The notes: generated by a model from the sequence alone, not told the origin. Numbered from the stretch's first letter, positions 1 to 9,690 are shown. The stretch: 64,000 nucleotides of DNA from a virus (IMGVR_UViG_3300033150_001531:276-64275); one strand, 5' to 3'. A program made the numbers and translations.

Positions 1-31
1 GAAAGAGCACAGCTATATTCCCGGAAAATTA

Positions 32-3022
32 ATGCTTGCTCCCAGCCCAAACTCCAGCTGGAAAAATCAAAACGCGTTTGCGCACTTGGCGCAAAAAATA
101 TTCACAAGGACGTTGCCTTTCTCAAACTCGTACAATGTAACAACGGATTTCTTTCCTTTCCTTTGGAAATTCTATAAAGGAAAAAAATCTGAAGTTAAAT
201 CTGAAGTTGAAGAAGTTGAATTTGAAGTTAAAACTCAAGAGTTTAATTTAAGTGAAATTTTCCCCACTGATCAAATTGTTAGGGATTGGTGGATTAAAGA
301 GCAAGTTAATAGGTTTTTAACTAACGAAAATTTAAAGACTGATCCCCAGTTTAAAGAAGAGATTATTGATTGTATGAAGGAAGCTGTTAGGAAAGCCGGG
401 GAAAAATTTAAAGCATTTAGAGAAATTCAAGAAGAAAGAAAAGTTCTAAAAACTAAAAAACAGAATTTTTATATTTTTGAAATTAATGATGAAGTTCAAG
501 AATATAATTATGAAAAGCGTTGCTACGAGGATGTTAAAAAAGAATATAAGATTTTTGTTGAGATAAAAAGCGCAAGCATTTTAACAATGCTTGAAATAAT
601 TGAAGGAATCCTTGAGAAGATCCGAGAAGAAAAGAGAAAATTGAGTTTAGTTAGAACTTTCGGATTTAAAGATGAATCTGAAATGAAGGAAATTTTTGAT
701 TGGACAAATTGCGAATTCAAACCATATATGCATCAACTAGTAATGTATATGAATCATATGATGCATGATTTTAGTCTGGACGGGAGTGATCCTGGGACGG
801 GGAAATCTCTCGGATTTCTTATGGCTTGTCATAAGAGGTTTGAAGAAAATTTAATAAAGAAAGTTTTAATTATTTGTCCAAGTAATCAAATCAGGAATTG
901 GGAAAGAATGATTAAAAAATTCTTTCCCCAATATTCCGTCCGCGGAATCATGGAAAAAACTTGGGCTGAAAGAGCAATCGGTTTGAGTTCAAGCGAGAAT
1001 TTCATAATTCTGAATTATGAAGCTTTCAGAACGAAAAAGCTTGTTAAGGAGATTCCGATTCTATCGGAAGATGGAAATGGAGAAGACAAAGAAATTTTAA
1101 ACGAAGAAATTAAAAAGAATCCTCATTTCGTTTATGAAGTAAACGAAAAAGAAAATAAAATTAAAGTCTCTTTAATGTTAAATAAATTAGCTGAAAGATT
1201 AAACTTTGATTGGATTTGTCTTGATGAAGGGCATAGAATTAAAAATCCAGATGCTCAACAAACGAAAGCGATTTTTGAAGGATTCAAGAATGTTAGATAT
1301 AAGAGTATTTTAACTGGAACTCTTTTAGCTAACAAAGAATGGGATTTAATTTTACCGACATTATTTTTGAATCGTCATAAAGAAATCTTTATGGATCTTT
1401 ACAGAGATGGACCGGATGGAAAAATCCAATTAAAGAGTAATAAAGAATTTTTAAGGATATTCCAAAAAGCTTACTTTTACGGGAATAATGGTAGATTAGT
1501 TCCCCGGAAGGGAACTCTGATAGAGATAAGAGAAGCTATCGAAAATTTCGGAGTAGCTTTTAAGAAAGAAGAATGTTTAGACTTGCCGGAAAAAAACTAT
1601 GAATTAGTCGAACTTCCCATGGGGAGTATTCAAGAAAGAAAATATATTGAAGCTCTAAAGACAAGTGAAATTGAAATTAACGAATTTGAGAGAGTCAAGT
1701 ATCAAAATATTCTTGGATATTATAATAAAATGACTCAGTTGTGTAATGGCTTTGTTATTCAAGAAAATGTTCCAGTGAGAGGAATTTGTGAGAATCCAAA
1801 GTTAGATTGGGTTTTAAGTAAAATCGAAGAATTAGGAATCGAAAGAAATTTAAATGATTCTGAGATTGAAAAATTAAAACTTCAAGAAGATTTCGATCCA
1901 GAAAGTATTAAAAATAGAAGCCCAAAATTAGTAATCTGGGCCACTTTTCAGAATGATATTGAAGTTTTAGTTAAGGAAATCCGAAAATTACTTGAAAGCG
2001 AAAATGCTTGTGTGGGAGTTTACGGGAAAAAAAATGATGAAATTGGTTCCCCAGCAAGCAATGAGAGGTTTTTAATTAGTGAAAAATTTCAAGATCCAAA
2101 CTCTGAATTAAGAGTTTTAGTTGCTCATCCTAAAACAATGGGAGAGGGAATTGATCTTTACGAAGCAAGTGAAGTAGTTTTTTATAATAATTCGCTTGAA
2201 AAAGTTTTAAGAGACCAGGCAGAGAATAGAGTTCATAGGATTGGAATGAAAAACAAGAAACCCAATATTTATGATCTGACTTGCGTTTTGAGTAATGGAG
2301 ATCCTACAGTTGATGGAATTATTAGAGAAGCCTATTTGAATCATCAAAGCGTTGTAGAAGCAGTAATGAGTTATTTAGGAGTGGATTTAAAGAAAGTCGA
2401 TGAAAAGAGTTTTCCTGAAGTTTTTATTGATAAAAGTGTGAGGAGAATTGAGAAGAAAGAAGAGAAGAAGAAAGAGAAAGAAAGAAATAAAATTGAGAAA
2501 ATTTTCAAAAAGTTTTTTCTCAAGAATACAAATTTAAAAATGCTTCCCGCTGGGAAACCAGAAGATTTAGAGAAAATTAGAATAAGTCCAGAAATTGGGT
2601 TTAAAAACTTTTCGAAAAGTTTAAAAGAAAGGAAAGAACTTAAGCATAAGATTCAAAAACCGAGTGAATGCGTCTTAACAAGCATTGCGACTGTCTTAAA
2701 TGTTAGTGTGGAAAGATTAAAGATGATGGCATTTGAGACTCTCGGAAAAAGAAAAGATCAAGAGGGATTGACTAATGAAGAAATTCAGCTTTTTCTTGAG
2801 AAAAATGCAGACAGTATAGGAATCTTTAAGTTTGTTCAAGAGTTACCTTTAAAAGGTAGAGGTTTAATTTTGATTAAAAATCCGTGGGCGAAACATATGA
2901 TTGCTTTTTGTGATGGTAGAGTTTATGATCCTAGTAAAAATAAGAGATATGAATTTAGTGAATATTTTCAGACTAGTATTGAAGAAGGATGGAAAATTGA
3001 GAGTATAAGGTTGTTTGTTTAA
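32..3022 (+). CDS. SNF2-family (SF2) helicase/translocase with C-terminal C39-like peptidase domain; true start uncertain
   Basis: Motif I DPGTGKS, motif II CLDEGHRIKN, motif III LTGT, motif VI QAENRVHRIG. C-terminal QKPSECVLTSIA...HMIAF..GRVYDP. Confidence 0.88.
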   Translation: MLAPSPNSSWKNQNAFAHLAQKIFTRTLPFSNSYNVTTDFFPFLWKFYKGKKSEVKSEVEEVEFEVKTQEFNLSEIFPTDQIVRDWWIKEQVNRFLTNENLKTDPQFKEEIIDCMKEAVRKAGEKFKAFREIQEERKVLKTKKQNFYIFEINDEVQEYNYEKRCYEDVKKEYKIFVEIKSASILTMLEIIEGILEKIREEKRKLSLVRTFGFKDESEMKEIFDWTNCEFKPYMHQLVMYMNHMMHDFSLDGSDPGTGKSLGFLMACHKRFEENLIKKVLIICPSNQIRNWERMIKKFFPQYSVRGIMEKTWAERAIGLSSSENFIILNYEAFRTKKLVKEIPILSEDGNGEDKEILNEEIKKNPHFVYEVNEKENKIKVSLMLNKLAERLNFDWICLDEGHRIKNPDAQQTKAIFEGFKNVRYKSILTGTLLANKEWDLILPTLFLNRHKEIFMDLYRDGPDGKIQLKSNKEFLRIFQKAYFYGNNGRLVPRKGTLIEIREAIENFGVAFKKEECLDLPEKNYELVELPMGSIQERKYIEALKTSEIEINEFERVKYQNILGYYNKMTQLCNGFVIQENVPVRGICENPKLDWVLSKIEELGIERNLNDSEIEKLKLQEDFDPESIKNRSPKLVIWATFQNDIEVLVKEIRKLLESENACVGVYGKKNDEIGSPASNERFLISEKFQDPNSELRVLVAHPKTMGEGIDLYEASEVVFYNNSLEKVLRDQAENRVHRIGMKNKKPNIYDLTCVLSNGDPTVDGIIREAYLNHQSVVEAVMSYLGVDLKKVDEKSFPEVFIDKSVRRIEKKEEKKKEKERNKIEKIFKKFFLKNTNLKMLPAGKPEDLEKIRISPEIGFKNFSKSLKERKELKHKIQKPSECVLTSIATVLNVSVERLKMMAFETLGKRKDQEGLTNEEIQLFLEKNADSIGIFKFVQELPLKGRGLILIKNPWAKHMIAFCDGRVYDPSKNKRYEFSEYFQTSIEEGWKIESIRLFV

Positions 3023-3067
3023 GCATTTAGAATTTAGAATTAAAAGAAAGAAAAAGAAGGAGAAAAA

Positions 3068-3541
3068 ATGCATAAACTAAAAAAAGAAAATACAAACATG
3101 ACTCAGGCAGAAATAATCAAAGATAATTACGAGAAAACAATTAAAATTCTCAAAAATGGTTTTCGAGAAATCTCCCCTGCGGAATTTCTTGAAAATTTAG
3201 GAGTCGATTTCGACTTTTGTACTTGCGGAAAATCTTATTGTCTTACATGCAAGGGAAGCCCAGATCATAGTATTATTATTAAATTCCCTGAAGATGGAAG
3301 CACTCTCTTTATCAGTAATCCATTTCAAATTAAGTTTCCTGGAAGCATGAGAGCGTATAAAGCGTTGACGAAAAAGCAAATCAAGAGTTGGAAAAGCGTT
3401 CTCGCAAAGATGTATGGACCGTCCTTTGCTTCATTATTACCAGATGATGAAGTCGAACGTATCAAAAATAATATGCAATATCGACTTGATGAAATAGAGA
3501 TGAAAAGAAGAGAAGATAAGGATGAAGAAAAGAGAAAATAA
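3068..3541 (+). CDS. hypothetical protein with CxC-x5-CxxC cluster
   Basis: ORF after AAGGAG; FCTCGKSYCLTCK. Confidence 0.65.
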   Translation: MHKLKKENTNMTQAEIIKDNYEKTIKILKNGFREISPAEFLENLGVDFDFCTCGKSYCLTCKGSPDHSIIIKFPEDGSTLFISNPFQIKFPGSMRAYKALTKKQIKSWKSVLAKMYGPSFASLLPDDEVERIKNNMQYRLDEIEMKRREDKDEEKRK

Positions 3542-3562
3542 AAATGAAAAGGAATTCTAAAA

Positions 3563-3901
3563 ATGGAAAGATTCAAATTAGAAAATAAAATGCTAAACGC
3601 AAGAATACTAAAAATTCTAGAAAAACATGATATTTTGTTTATTGAAACTCTTGCAATAAATGATAGAGATTTACTTAGGCTCCCTGGTATAGGTAAATCT
3701 TCTTTGCGAGAAATCAGAGAGTTTGTAGGGGAAATTAAAACACAGTACTTAAAAAATATGCTTGAGATTATAGAAAAGAAAGGACTACCAAGATTAGAAA
3801 GAATTAAATTCTTACGCCAGATTCTTTATATTCAAATGTTGCAGGATAGCGCAGAAACAGCGGAAAAAGAATTAGGTGAAATGATTCTAGAGATTTTATA
3901 A
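3563..3901 (+). CDS. RNA polymerase alpha-subunit C-terminal-domain-like protein
   Basis: LNARILKILEKHDI...DLLRLPGIGKSSLREIRE parallels RpoA CTD (LSVRSANCL...ELLKTPNLGKKSLTEIK). Confidence 0.8.
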   Translation: MERFKLENKMLNARILKILEKHDILFIETLAINDRDLLRLPGIGKSSLREIREFVGEIKTQYLKNMLEIIEKKGLPRLERIKFLRQILYIQMLQDSAETAEKELGEMILEIL

Positions 3902-3961
3902 AAAAATTAAGGAAAAGAGAGAAAAGATAGAAAGAGAGAAAAGGAGAAAGAGAAGAAGAAG

Positions 3962-4543
3962 ATGAAATTAAAACTAAAAAACACATGTTATAAAATCGTA
4001 AGAGTTGAAAAAGGAAAATTCATGAGTGAATTTGCTCCCTGCGGATTTTCTATAGAATACAAACTAAATAAACTACAAAAAGCCCCTAGAAACACTATGG
4101 GCTTTTTTGTTTATGAAAGTCTAGAAGATTTAAGGCAAGCAAAATATTATCTCGCTAATAATTTCCAAGAACCTCTTTCTGAGATTAAAGAAGAAAAAGT
4201 TTTCAAAGAATTAAAAGGAAAAAAATGTATTCTGAAATGCGAATGCAGTAAATTCTGGACTCCTGAAGTTATTATATCTGCTACGCAGATGTATATAATT
4301 TGGGATCGGTTTAAAAATAAAAATAAAAATAAAAATAAAAATAAAAATAAAAATAAAAAAATGACGCCCGGAAGCATATTAAAATTAGAAGGGATCAATG
4401 TTAAACTTAATAAGAAGAATAAAGTAATTAGTTACGACGTTAATCCATATCGTTATTTTAGAAGGTATCCAGATTCCAGAGCCAAAACAGTATTCTTCTG
4501 TAAACCTAAACAAGTGTTTATTTACAATTACGAGTGTTTATAA
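3962..4543 (+). CDS. paralogue 1 of unknown CYK/GFFVY/ECxCSK family
   Basis: CYKIV...NTMGFFVYESLEDL...ILKCECSKFW...KPKQV; internal (KN)n run. Confidence 0.8.
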   Translation: MKLKLKNTCYKIVRVEKGKFMSEFAPCGFSIEYKLNKLQKAPRNTMGFFVYESLEDLRQAKYYLANNFQEPLSEIKEEKVFKELKGKKCILKCECSKFWTPEVIISATQMYIIWDRFKNKNKNKNKNKNKNKKMTPGSILKLEGINVKLNKKNKVISYDVNPYRYFRRYPDSRAKTVFFCKPKQVFIYNYECL

Positions 4544-4608
4544 CTAACAAAAAATTAAAAATTTTATTGAGGAGATAAAAAAGATAAAAGAGAAAAAAAA
4601 AGGAAAAA

Positions 4609-5001
4609 ATGAAAAAAATGAAAAAACCTGAATGGATCTTAAGAGAAAAAGTTTATCAAATTGCAACGAATTCCAGAAAAGAAGTTATCGAAATTTCTGG
4701 CGGAAGGTCTCCATATTCAAATTTCGATATAATCATTTGCGATGAAGATTTCGAGCTAGGAAAAACTCCAGCGAATTATATTTTATCCGATATCGAAATA
4801 AAAACAGCTGACCCACAAACTGCTTACAAAGGTAGGCATGGTTCCGGGAGATTATTCTACGCAAAACCTAATCCAGAAGGTTTAATTTTAGTACAAAGTT
4901 GGGAAAATCCAGTTTTAGTTCTATGTGACGGAACTCCATTAGGAATCCCAAACAAAATCACTCTCGGAGATTTGTTTCCAGCTGATTCAAGGATTATATG
5001 A
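4609..5001 (+). CDS. hypothetical protein
   Basis: 130-aa ORF, upstream GAGGAG/AGGA, co-oriented. Confidence 0.7.
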   Translation: MKKMKKPEWILREKVYQIATNSRKEVIEISGGRSPYSNFDIIICDEDFELGKTPANYILSDIEIKTADPQTAYKGRHGSGRLFYAKPNPEGLILVQSWENPVLVLCDGTPLGIPNKITLGDLFPADSRII

Positions 5002-5049
5002 TCCAATTATCTGGTTTAAGATTTAAAAATTTAGGAGTTAAAAAAAATT

Positions 5050-5466
5050 ATGTCTAAAAAAAGAGAATTAGAAAAAGAATTAGAATTAGAAGTTCCAACT
5101 ATAAAATTTAATAACGGATTAGTTATTGCCAACTTTTCCAGCCCTCACCCATTCAAGTTCAATAACGGATTTATTCTAGATGCATGTTCAACAAAAAGAT
5201 GCAAGAAATTATCTCTCTTCAAAGAAGAAATCAAGGTTCTTGACTCCAGCAGAAAATTCTTTAATGTACAAGTAATTTTCAGGAGAAATCTTGTACTTGA
5301 GAAAGAACTAGAAATGCTGGAAAAAAATCCAAAAATTGATATTATTTTAGTTCCACTCCCAATCTTAACATTCTACAGAGATAATCCGCGTTTTTCAAAA
5401 ATTCGCGGCTGTATTGTAGAAGACCGAGTAAATAAGATTATTAGTTGTGAGAAATTTAGTATTTAG
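5050..5466 (+). CDS. hypothetical protein
   Basis: 138-aa ORF after AGGAG. Confidence 0.7.
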   Translation: MSKKRELEKELELEVPTIKFNNGLVIANFSSPHPFKFNNGFILDACSTKRCKKLSLFKEEIKVLDSSRKFFNVQVIFRRNLVLEKELEMLEKNPKIDIILVPLPILTFYRDNPRFSKIRGCIVEDRVNKIISCEKFSI

Positions 5467-5534
5467 TTTAATCTTAATTTAATTTAATCTTAATTTAATT
5501 TTAATTTAATTTAAGAAAAGAAAGGAAAAAAATC

Positions 5535-5942
5535 ATGAAAAGCAAATTTGCGACAGCAGAAACAATCGAAAAATTTCTTGAAACCCCGGAAGGAGAAAAT
5601 TTCGCAGAGAAAAACTTTGCATATTTATTCTTTGATGAAGATAACCAACACGAAATTGATAGAATTTTGTCTGGAGAAATGTTCAAAGTTCCTTATTGGA
5701 TTGAAAATTATCAAGGTGAGGAGTTTTTTGTCGATTACGTTGAAGGATATCATGATAAATATCCCCCCGGGGACATAACTACAACTACAATTTTCTCAGG
5801 AGAAAAACCAAAAACTTTTGGATATATCGACTCAATCCCGCTCCCGGAAGAAATTGAACATCAGGCAGAAAACGGTGAGTTCTTTTATGAATATCGTGGA
5901 CATAGTTTTTTAAGAATTTGGAAGGAGTTAAAAAATGAATAA
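5535..5942 (+). CDS. hypothetical protein
   Basis: 135-aa ORF after AAAGGA. Confidence 0.7.
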   Translation: MKSKFATAETIEKFLETPEGENFAEKNFAYLFFDEDNQHEIDRILSGEMFKVPYWIENYQGEEFFVDYVEGYHDKYPPGDITTTTIFSGEKPKTFGYIDSIPLPEEIEHQAENGEFFYEYRGHSFLRIWKELKNE

Positions 5943-6468
5943 AAATAAAAATAAAGATAAAGATAAAAATAAAGATAAAAATAAAGATAAAAATAAAGAT
6001 AAAAAAGAAAATAAGGATAAAAAAACACTGCCAAAAGCAAAAGAACTTTTTAAAGAAGAATATGAAAGGTTAAAAATTGATCCCTACCGGGATCCAGAAG
6101 ATCCTTCCGAGGCATGGATTACATATCAACCAATCTTAAACACCTACGCGAAAATCTTAGTTCAAGTAGATGATGATGATTATCAAGGGGATTCTCGTGT
6201 TCTTTATTTTAACGAAGAAACAAAAAAATATGGCTTTCTCAGATTCGGCTGGGGTTCATGTTCTGGATGTGACTGGTTGCAAGCATGTAATACTTGGGAG
6301 GAAGTCGATGAACTAATTCAAGAATTATATAATCAAATTATTTGGTTTAATTCAAAAGAGAACTGCTTAAAATATTTTCTAGAACATGATTGGGAAGGTG
6401 ATTATTCTTGGAGAGACGAAGAAACTAAAGAATTTGTTGAAAAAGTTATTAAATTTTTAAAAAATTAA
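5935..6468 (+). CDS. conserved-looking phage protein (GWGSCSGCD motif)
   Basis: YQGDSRVLY...FGWGSCSGCDWLQAC; AAGGAG upstream; N-terminal (KD/KN)n run. Confidence 0.75.
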   Translation: MNKNKNKDKDKNKDKNKDKNKDKKENKDKKTLPKAKELFKEEYERLKIDPYRDPEDPSEAWITYQPILNTYAKILVQVDDDDYQGDSRVLYFNEETKKYGFLRFGWGSCSGCDWLQACNTWEEVDELIQELYNQIIWFNSKENCLKYFLEHDWEGDYSWRDEETKEFVEKVIKFLKN

Positions 6469-6528
6469 GTTATTAAGAAATTAAGTTATTAAGAAATTAA
6501 GTTATTAAGAAATTAAGTTATTAAGAAA
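6465..6528 (+). repeat. 4 x 16-bp tandem repeat TTAAGTTATTAAGAAA
   Basis: Four exact copies starting at the upstream stop codon; no spacers. Confidence 0.95.
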
Positions 6529-6552
6529 TTAAAAAGAAAAAGGAGAAAAAAA

Positions 6553-6915
6553 ATGTATCCTACTTTTAAAAATCTAGCAGATGAGTTATCACATTACATA
6601 AGTAATGTTAAAGAACATGATGAAGATCTAAATAATGCAGTTATTTTCATTGGAAAATGTACCTGCATATCTCATAGGTGTAGTATCAAAAAAGAAAAAA
6701 TAAATATTGAATTGTCATTAAAAGAAGGTTTAAATATTTTATCTGCTGAAAAATCTCATCCCAACGGCTGTGGATACGCATATTGCCATCCAGTAGTTAT
6801 TTATCTAAGAGAAAAAATTATTATTAGTTGCGAATTCGAAGGTATGTATGGACACCGTTGGATTTGGAGATATCCAAAAATAAATATTAAACCAAGCTTT
6901 TATCAAGATGAATAG
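6553..6915 (+). CDS. hypothetical protein
   Basis: 120-aa ORF after AAGGAG. Confidence 0.7.
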   Translation: MYPTFKNLADELSHYISNVKEHDEDLNNAVIFIGKCTCISHRCSIKKEKINIELSLKEGLNILSAEKSHPNGCGYAYCHPVVIYLREKIIISCEFEGMYGHRWIWRYPKINIKPSFYQDE

Positions 6916-6983
6916 TTAAAAAATTAGAGAATTAAAAAATTAAAGAATTAAAAATTAAAGAGAAAAAGAAAAAGAAAAAGAAA

Positions 6984-7178
6984 ATGAAAATGAATAAACA
7001 TCCAATCCTTGGAGGAAAACTTGCGCCAGAAAAGGCGCGAAAACGCTTCGAAAAAAGTGTAATAATGAAAGATTATCAAGATCTTAATTTTATAAGTTTT
7101 TGGTCGTTATACTTCAGATATCTTTATTATTCGGAGTATGACAAAAAATTCTTAGAAAGCTGTAATATTAAATTTTGA
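6984..7178 (+). CDS. hypothetical protein
   Basis: 64-aa co-oriented ORF. Confidence 0.5.
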   Translation: MKMNKHPILGGKLAPEKARKRFEKSVIMKDYQDLNFISFWSLYFRYLYYSEYDKKFLESCNIKF

Positions 7179-7184
7179 TAAAAA

Positions 7185-7874
7185 ATGAAGAAAAAGAAAG
7201 GAAAACAAAACAAAATGTCAAGAGAAGAAATAGAATTAGAGAAACAAAAAGATCAAATAATCAAAGAACAAGAACAACTACAAAAAGAACAATCAGAGGA
7301 AATTTTTTCAATCCCAATCTCGCCCCCACAACAATCAGAAAGAGAATGGGTTGAATACCTAGAATCTCTCGAAAAAACAGAGGAACATTTTGTCTGCGCA
7401 AAATGTAAACAAAGCGTTGGAAAAAAGTATGTGGTTAAAGATGGACATATTTTACACGAAAAATGTCTAGATTTCTCTGGGCATCTAATAACCATGAAAT
7501 TACATGAACATGATGTCTTATGGATGTTGAATATTATCAATTATAATAAAAAACATCCGTTATACACGAAATTGATGTTATCCCTGACTGAAAAGAGAGA
7601 ATATTTTCAGTGTAAAACCTGCGACAGAGTTTTACATCGATCTTTTATGTATGAAAATCAAATGTTAAATCTAGTCATGAAATTCTTATGGTGCATCCAA
7701 AATAAGAATAAGCGGAGTTGTAATGCTTGCAGTAAAATTTTAACTTTTTGTTCAGAAGCCTGTAGTGAGAAATATTTAGAGAAGATTATGAATATGCTGA
7801 AGAGAATTGATGTTGATATAGAATATATTAAAGATTTCTTCGAGGAAGAAGAAAAAAGAAGAGATAAAAGATAA
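7185..7874 (+). CDS. multi-zinc-finger protein
   Basis: CAKC...HEKC, CKTC, CNAC...FCSEAC. Confidence 0.65.
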   Translation: MKKKKGKQNKMSREEIELEKQKDQIIKEQEQLQKEQSEEIFSIPISPPQQSEREWVEYLESLEKTEEHFVCAKCKQSVGKKYVVKDGHILHEKCLDFSGHLITMKLHEHDVLWMLNIINYNKKHPLYTKLMLSLTEKREYFQCKTCDRVLHRSFMYENQMLNLVMKFLWCIQNKNKRSCNACSKILTFCSEACSEKYLEKIMNMLKRIDVDIEYIKDFFEEEEKRRDKR

Positions 7875-7911
7875 GAGATAAAAGATAAGAGATAAGAGAT
7901 AAGAGATAAAA
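7863..7911 (+). repeat. 7 x heptamer GATAA(A/G)A
   Basis: Read directly; overlaps the stop codon. Confidence 0.9.
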
Positions 7912-7933
7912 AAAGAAAAGGAGAAAAACTAAA

Positions 7934-8209
7934 ATGCTTACAAGAAAAACTTATAACAAATTAGCCTATACTTTAGGCAAATATAAAGCGCACCAACTTT
8001 TAAACCCAAATGATCCTTATTTAGTAGATATTTTAGTAAGGGAAATTGAAGGAATTTTAAAAAATGCTAACCCAAAATTTAAGATAGAACTTTTTGAAAA
8101 AGTAATAAAGGAAACTTATAAAGAAATTTTAAGTTCAGAGCTTAAATTAAAATCTAATAGTAGAGCTTTTGAATTTGAATATGCTTGTAATTCACTTAAG
8201 CAGAAGTAG
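7934..8209 (+). CDS. hypothetical protein
   Basis: ORF after AAGGAG. Confidence 0.7.
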   Translation: MLTRKTYNKLAYTLGKYKAHQLLNPNDPYLVDILVREIEGILKNANPKFKIELFEKVIKETYKEILSSELKLKSNSRAFEFEYACNSLKQK

Positions 8210-8270
8210 GAAGTAGGAGATAAGAAATAAGAAAAAAGAAATAAGAAATAAGAAAAGGAGAAAAACTAAA

Positions 8271-8870
8271 ATGCCAAGAAAACTTTATATCATTATCCTA
8301 AAAAAAGGCAACCGCCGAAAAGTGTTAAAAATCACTTTCGGCGAACGCCTAACAGCTTATCTAAGCTGGTATCATGAAGACGGAAAATTTATCCGTCTTC
8401 AAAAACTAAAAACAATAGACGCAATCACAATGCTGTATGAAGAACAAAGTTTTATCAGCGAAATCACAAAGATTGACGGCTTAAAACAACTTCGTGGCTT
8501 TCCACTATCAGAACTTATACACGATGTAGAAAGTGAGTATTTTGTCAGAAAACATTTAGCCAAGACAAAATATGCGAATTTAAGGAAAAAGTTGCGAGAC
8601 AAATTATTAGATGAAAGATTAGAGTTAGAGAAAGAGAAAGAGAAAGAAAGTCAAGATCAAAGTCAAGAGAAAGAAGAGAAAACATCTAAAAAACTCAAAC
8701 TCGAAGAAGAATTAGACAAAACAGCGAAAGAATCACTTAAAAAAGTCGTCGATTTAGATTTAGAAGATTTAGATTTAGAAGATTTAGATCTAGATTTTGA
8801 TTATAACGATTTAAAAACAAATCTTTTTGACAAAACAAAAGACGAAGATGAAGATGAAGATGAAGATTAG
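8271..8870 (+). CDS. hypothetical protein with acidic low-complexity C-terminus
   Basis: ORF after AAGGAG; DLDLED and EDEDED runs. Confidence 0.7.
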   Translation: MPRKLYIIILKKGNRRKVLKITFGERLTAYLSWYHEDGKFIRLQKLKTIDAITMLYEEQSFISEITKIDGLKQLRGFPLSELIHDVESEYFVRKHLAKTKYANLRKKLRDKLLDERLELEKEKEKESQDQSQEKEEKTSKKLKLEEELDKTAKESLKKVVDLDLEDLDLEDLDLDFDYNDLKTNLFDKTKDEDEDEDED

Positions 8871-8873
8871 GAG

Positions 8874-9467
8874 ATGAAAACTAAAATGAAAACGAAAATG
8901 AAAAGAGAATTACTAAAACACAAATGTTATAAAACAGTTTTCTATAACAAAGAACTAAATGCTTTTACAAGTGTAACATTAACAGGAGATTTAGCATTTA
9001 AATACAAACTAAATAAACTACATAAAGCCCCAAACAATACTATGGGATTTTTTGTTTATAAATCTTTAGAAGATCTTTGTAAATCAAGTTTTACACTCTC
9101 ATACTCCTCTTTCTCTAATATAAAAGAAGTAAAAGACCTTTCAACACTTTATTCAGGACAATATTGTATTTTAGAATGCGAATGCAGTAAATTCTGGATT
9201 CCTAAAACTTTTATAAATCCTCTAGATTTTTACTTTTGGGCAGAAATGAGAAAACCTTTTAGATCTATTATAACTTCAATTCCAAACATCTCTTTAGTAA
9301 AAGACAAAAAAACAAATACAATACAATATCGTTTTCTGTCTTCACAAATGCAAACAGAGGATTCAGATTTAAATTGCACTTCTTGTTTTATAAATAAGAT
9401 AGAACATAATTTAGAATTTAAACCTTATACTGTTTTTTATTTGAAACCGAAGAAAGTTTTTGTATAA
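8874..9467 (+). CDS. paralogue 2 of CYK/GFFVY/ECxCSK family
   Basis: CYKTV...NTMGFFVYKSLEDL...ILECECSKFW...KPKKV. Confidence 0.8.
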   Translation: MKTKMKTKMKRELLKHKCYKTVFYNKELNAFTSVTLTGDLAFKYKLNKLHKAPNNTMGFFVYKSLEDLCKSSFTLSYSSFSNIKEVKDLSTLYSGQYCILECECSKFWIPKTFINPLDFYFWAEMRKPFRSIITSIPNISLVKDKKTNTIQYRFLSSQMQTEDSDLNCTSCFINKIEHNLEFKPYTVFYLKPKKVFV

Positions 9468-9504
9468 TTTTATGATTAGGAGAAAAAATATATAATGGTG
9501 AAGA

Positions 9505-9690
9505 AAGGGTGAAGATGGCCGGAGGATGGCCAAGACGAGGCGCCAGAGGCAAGGTATCCTATCCTACCTGTAAGCCCCAATCGCCCGAATTCGCCCCCCT
9601 AGCTGGCTCGAATCGACGGCCTCCAGCTCCTAGCGCCCCCGGCATCCAGACCACCGGACCCAGCCACACACATAACACTTTCTTAATGTA
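9505..9690. other. GC-rich intergenic island of unknown function
   Basis: Lines 9541-9660 count 36/60 and 42/60 G+C against a strongly AT-rich background. Confidence 0.6.

Noticed and set aside
6465-6528. Possible CRISPR array (16-bp repeats; Cas4-like gene elsewhere)
   Set aside because: Copies are directly adjacent with no spacers, and there is no cas1/cas2.
9505-9690. tRNA or tmRNA
   Set aside because: No cloverleaf or T-loop GTTCRA consensus recognisable on either strand.
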